Assembly (NCBI GenBank): GCA_012295275.1
Contig: CM022679.1
Span: forward strand, 12,586,001-12,650,000
DNA: 64,000 bases
Direction of reading: 5' to 3'
Source of the DNA: Chrysomallon squamiferum
Lineage: Eukaryota; Animalia; Mollusca
In this document: positions 62,607 to 64,000 of the stretch, piece after piece
Position numbering within the stretch: position 1 is the stretch's first letter
How the letters are laid out: every line of letters begins with the position of its first letter
The notes under the pieces: model-generated
Databases searched by the model: none
What the model saw: only the letters and a program-made list of their open reading frames with translations
What the model was told of the DNA's origin: nothing
Translations under genes and position numbers: made by a program

Positions 62607-62637
<31 letters not shown>

Positions 62638-63588
62638 GTGTATGCATGTATGCATGTACGTATGTATATATATCCCTCTAGTAACATAAACCTATTGTTT
62701 TACTATTTTAGGCGCTTTCAGATACGTCTACGAAAATTACTACGACGATGCTGATTGGTTCATGAAGGCTGACGACGATACTTACGTCATAGTCGAAAAC
62801 CTGCGATACTTCCTATCCAGTCAGGACACGAATCTGCCGATCTATTTTGGACACAAATTCAAGAAAATGGTCCCCCAGGGGTACTTCAGCGGAGGTGCTG
62901 GATATGTTCTAAGCAGGGAGGCTTTAAAAGTGTTTATAGAGAAAGGATCCAATCAGACGATCTGCAAACAAGATGGCGGCGCTGAAGATGCAGAGATAGG
63001 GAAGTGTATGGCCAAACTGGGCGTCATTGCGGGAAACTCAACTGACACGTTAGGCAGGAGCAGATTCCATTGCTTCGATGCAGAGACTCATCTGTTTGGT
63101 GGATATCCTAAATGGTATTACAACTACGACGCCTCCGGAGCTAAGCAGGTAAATAACCTAGATAATACGATGTGGGATAAATTTGTAACATATCGTTTTG
63201 GGGCTGAAGAGCTGTCACGTGTTAATCAGGTAATCGTTACGTCACTATTTATGTCGATTCAAACATGTCCGAAGATTACCGAGTCTGTGATTTTCTGATA
63301 GGGGTCTTGGGTTTCTTCGTGTATGTACGACAGAAGGCCACAATTATTGTTAAATGAGTATATTAGCCAATGAGTATCGTTGCCAAAGATTAGCCAAAAA
63401 AAAACGATATAGACCTATCTCTGGCGGAGAACCAGCGATATCCAGTCAGATGTTCGTCTGAGCTGTTCTACGCCAGAGAATACTCGGCTACTCAGCTAAT
63501 TTGTCATTTACAAAAATCATTGAAAATATTAAAACTGTTAAAATTAAATATTTATATATTTTCGTTATATATTTAGGTGAATGGATAT

Positions 63589-63619
<31 letters not shown>

Positions 63620-63840
63620 TCTATCTATCTATCTGTTTGTTTCTTTCTTTCTTCGTTTATTTATTTATTTATTTATTTATTTTATTTTATTTGTTATTTC
63701 AGGGACAAGAAAACATTAGTGATTATGCAGTTTCATTCCATTACGTTGGACCAATGAAAATGTACTCTATGGAACTCTTTGTGTATCATTTACGTCCCTA
63801 TGGCATTATATCTCGAGCGCAGGATCTTAATTTGCTATAA
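60754..63840 (+). CDS. C1GALT1: Core 1 beta-1,3-galactosyltransferase paralog 2, 358 aa; exons 60754-61033, 61462-61683, 62712-63148, 63703-63840
   Basis: Same motifs (KADDDTY, IYFGHKFK, GYFSGGAGYVLSREAL, GGAEDAEIGKCM, AVSFHYV, YHLRPYG). Internal exon sizes (222, 437) are identical to paralog 1. Total 1077 nt. Confidence 0.94.
63400..63495 (-). mobile_element. Possible degenerate tRNA-derived SINE head in the last intron of C1GALT1 paralog 2
   Basis: The reverse complement begins gtagccgagt (A-box-like) and has gctggttct (B-box-like) ~55 nt later. No complete cloverleaf. Confidence 0.25.
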
Positions 63841-64000
63841 GAAGTTAAGAAGAGAAATAAATTATATACTTTTGTTGGCGTTTTATCCATGATTAATTAA
63901 TTAGTATTTCTTTTAGCTGTGTAAACTTTATACAAGATATATTAAACCCTGTTTAGAAATATTAGAAATAAAACATTAACAACGACCATTATGATGATGA

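Overview
AT-rich, microsatellite-dense animal genomic DNA with spliceosomal introns; an invertebrate, possibly a mollusc (inferred from repeat style only). From left to right: (1) a tandem segmental duplication carrying a WSCD-family sulfotransferase-like gene, with one frameshifted copy (780-2291) and one intact copy (10043-11534), plus an internal ~0.8 kb repeat amplified 5x; (2) NDUFB10 (minus strand, 4 exons) head-to-head with RPL3 (plus strand, 8 coding exons, 404 aa); (3) inside RPL3, two decayed paralogous DDE/CxxH transposase genes with a C-terminal Tudor/Spin-like module in intron 2, a twin-hairpin element next to a weak acceptor and a PTC-generating alternative acceptor in intron 3, and two SNORD83-like C/D snoRNAs; (4) a single-coding-exon ANKRD63/ANKRD34-like ankyrin gene; (5) two tandem C1GALT1 (T-synthase) paralogs. 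Exon boundaries were read by eye from GT-AG sites and frame continuity. All family assignments come from motif recognition, not database searches.
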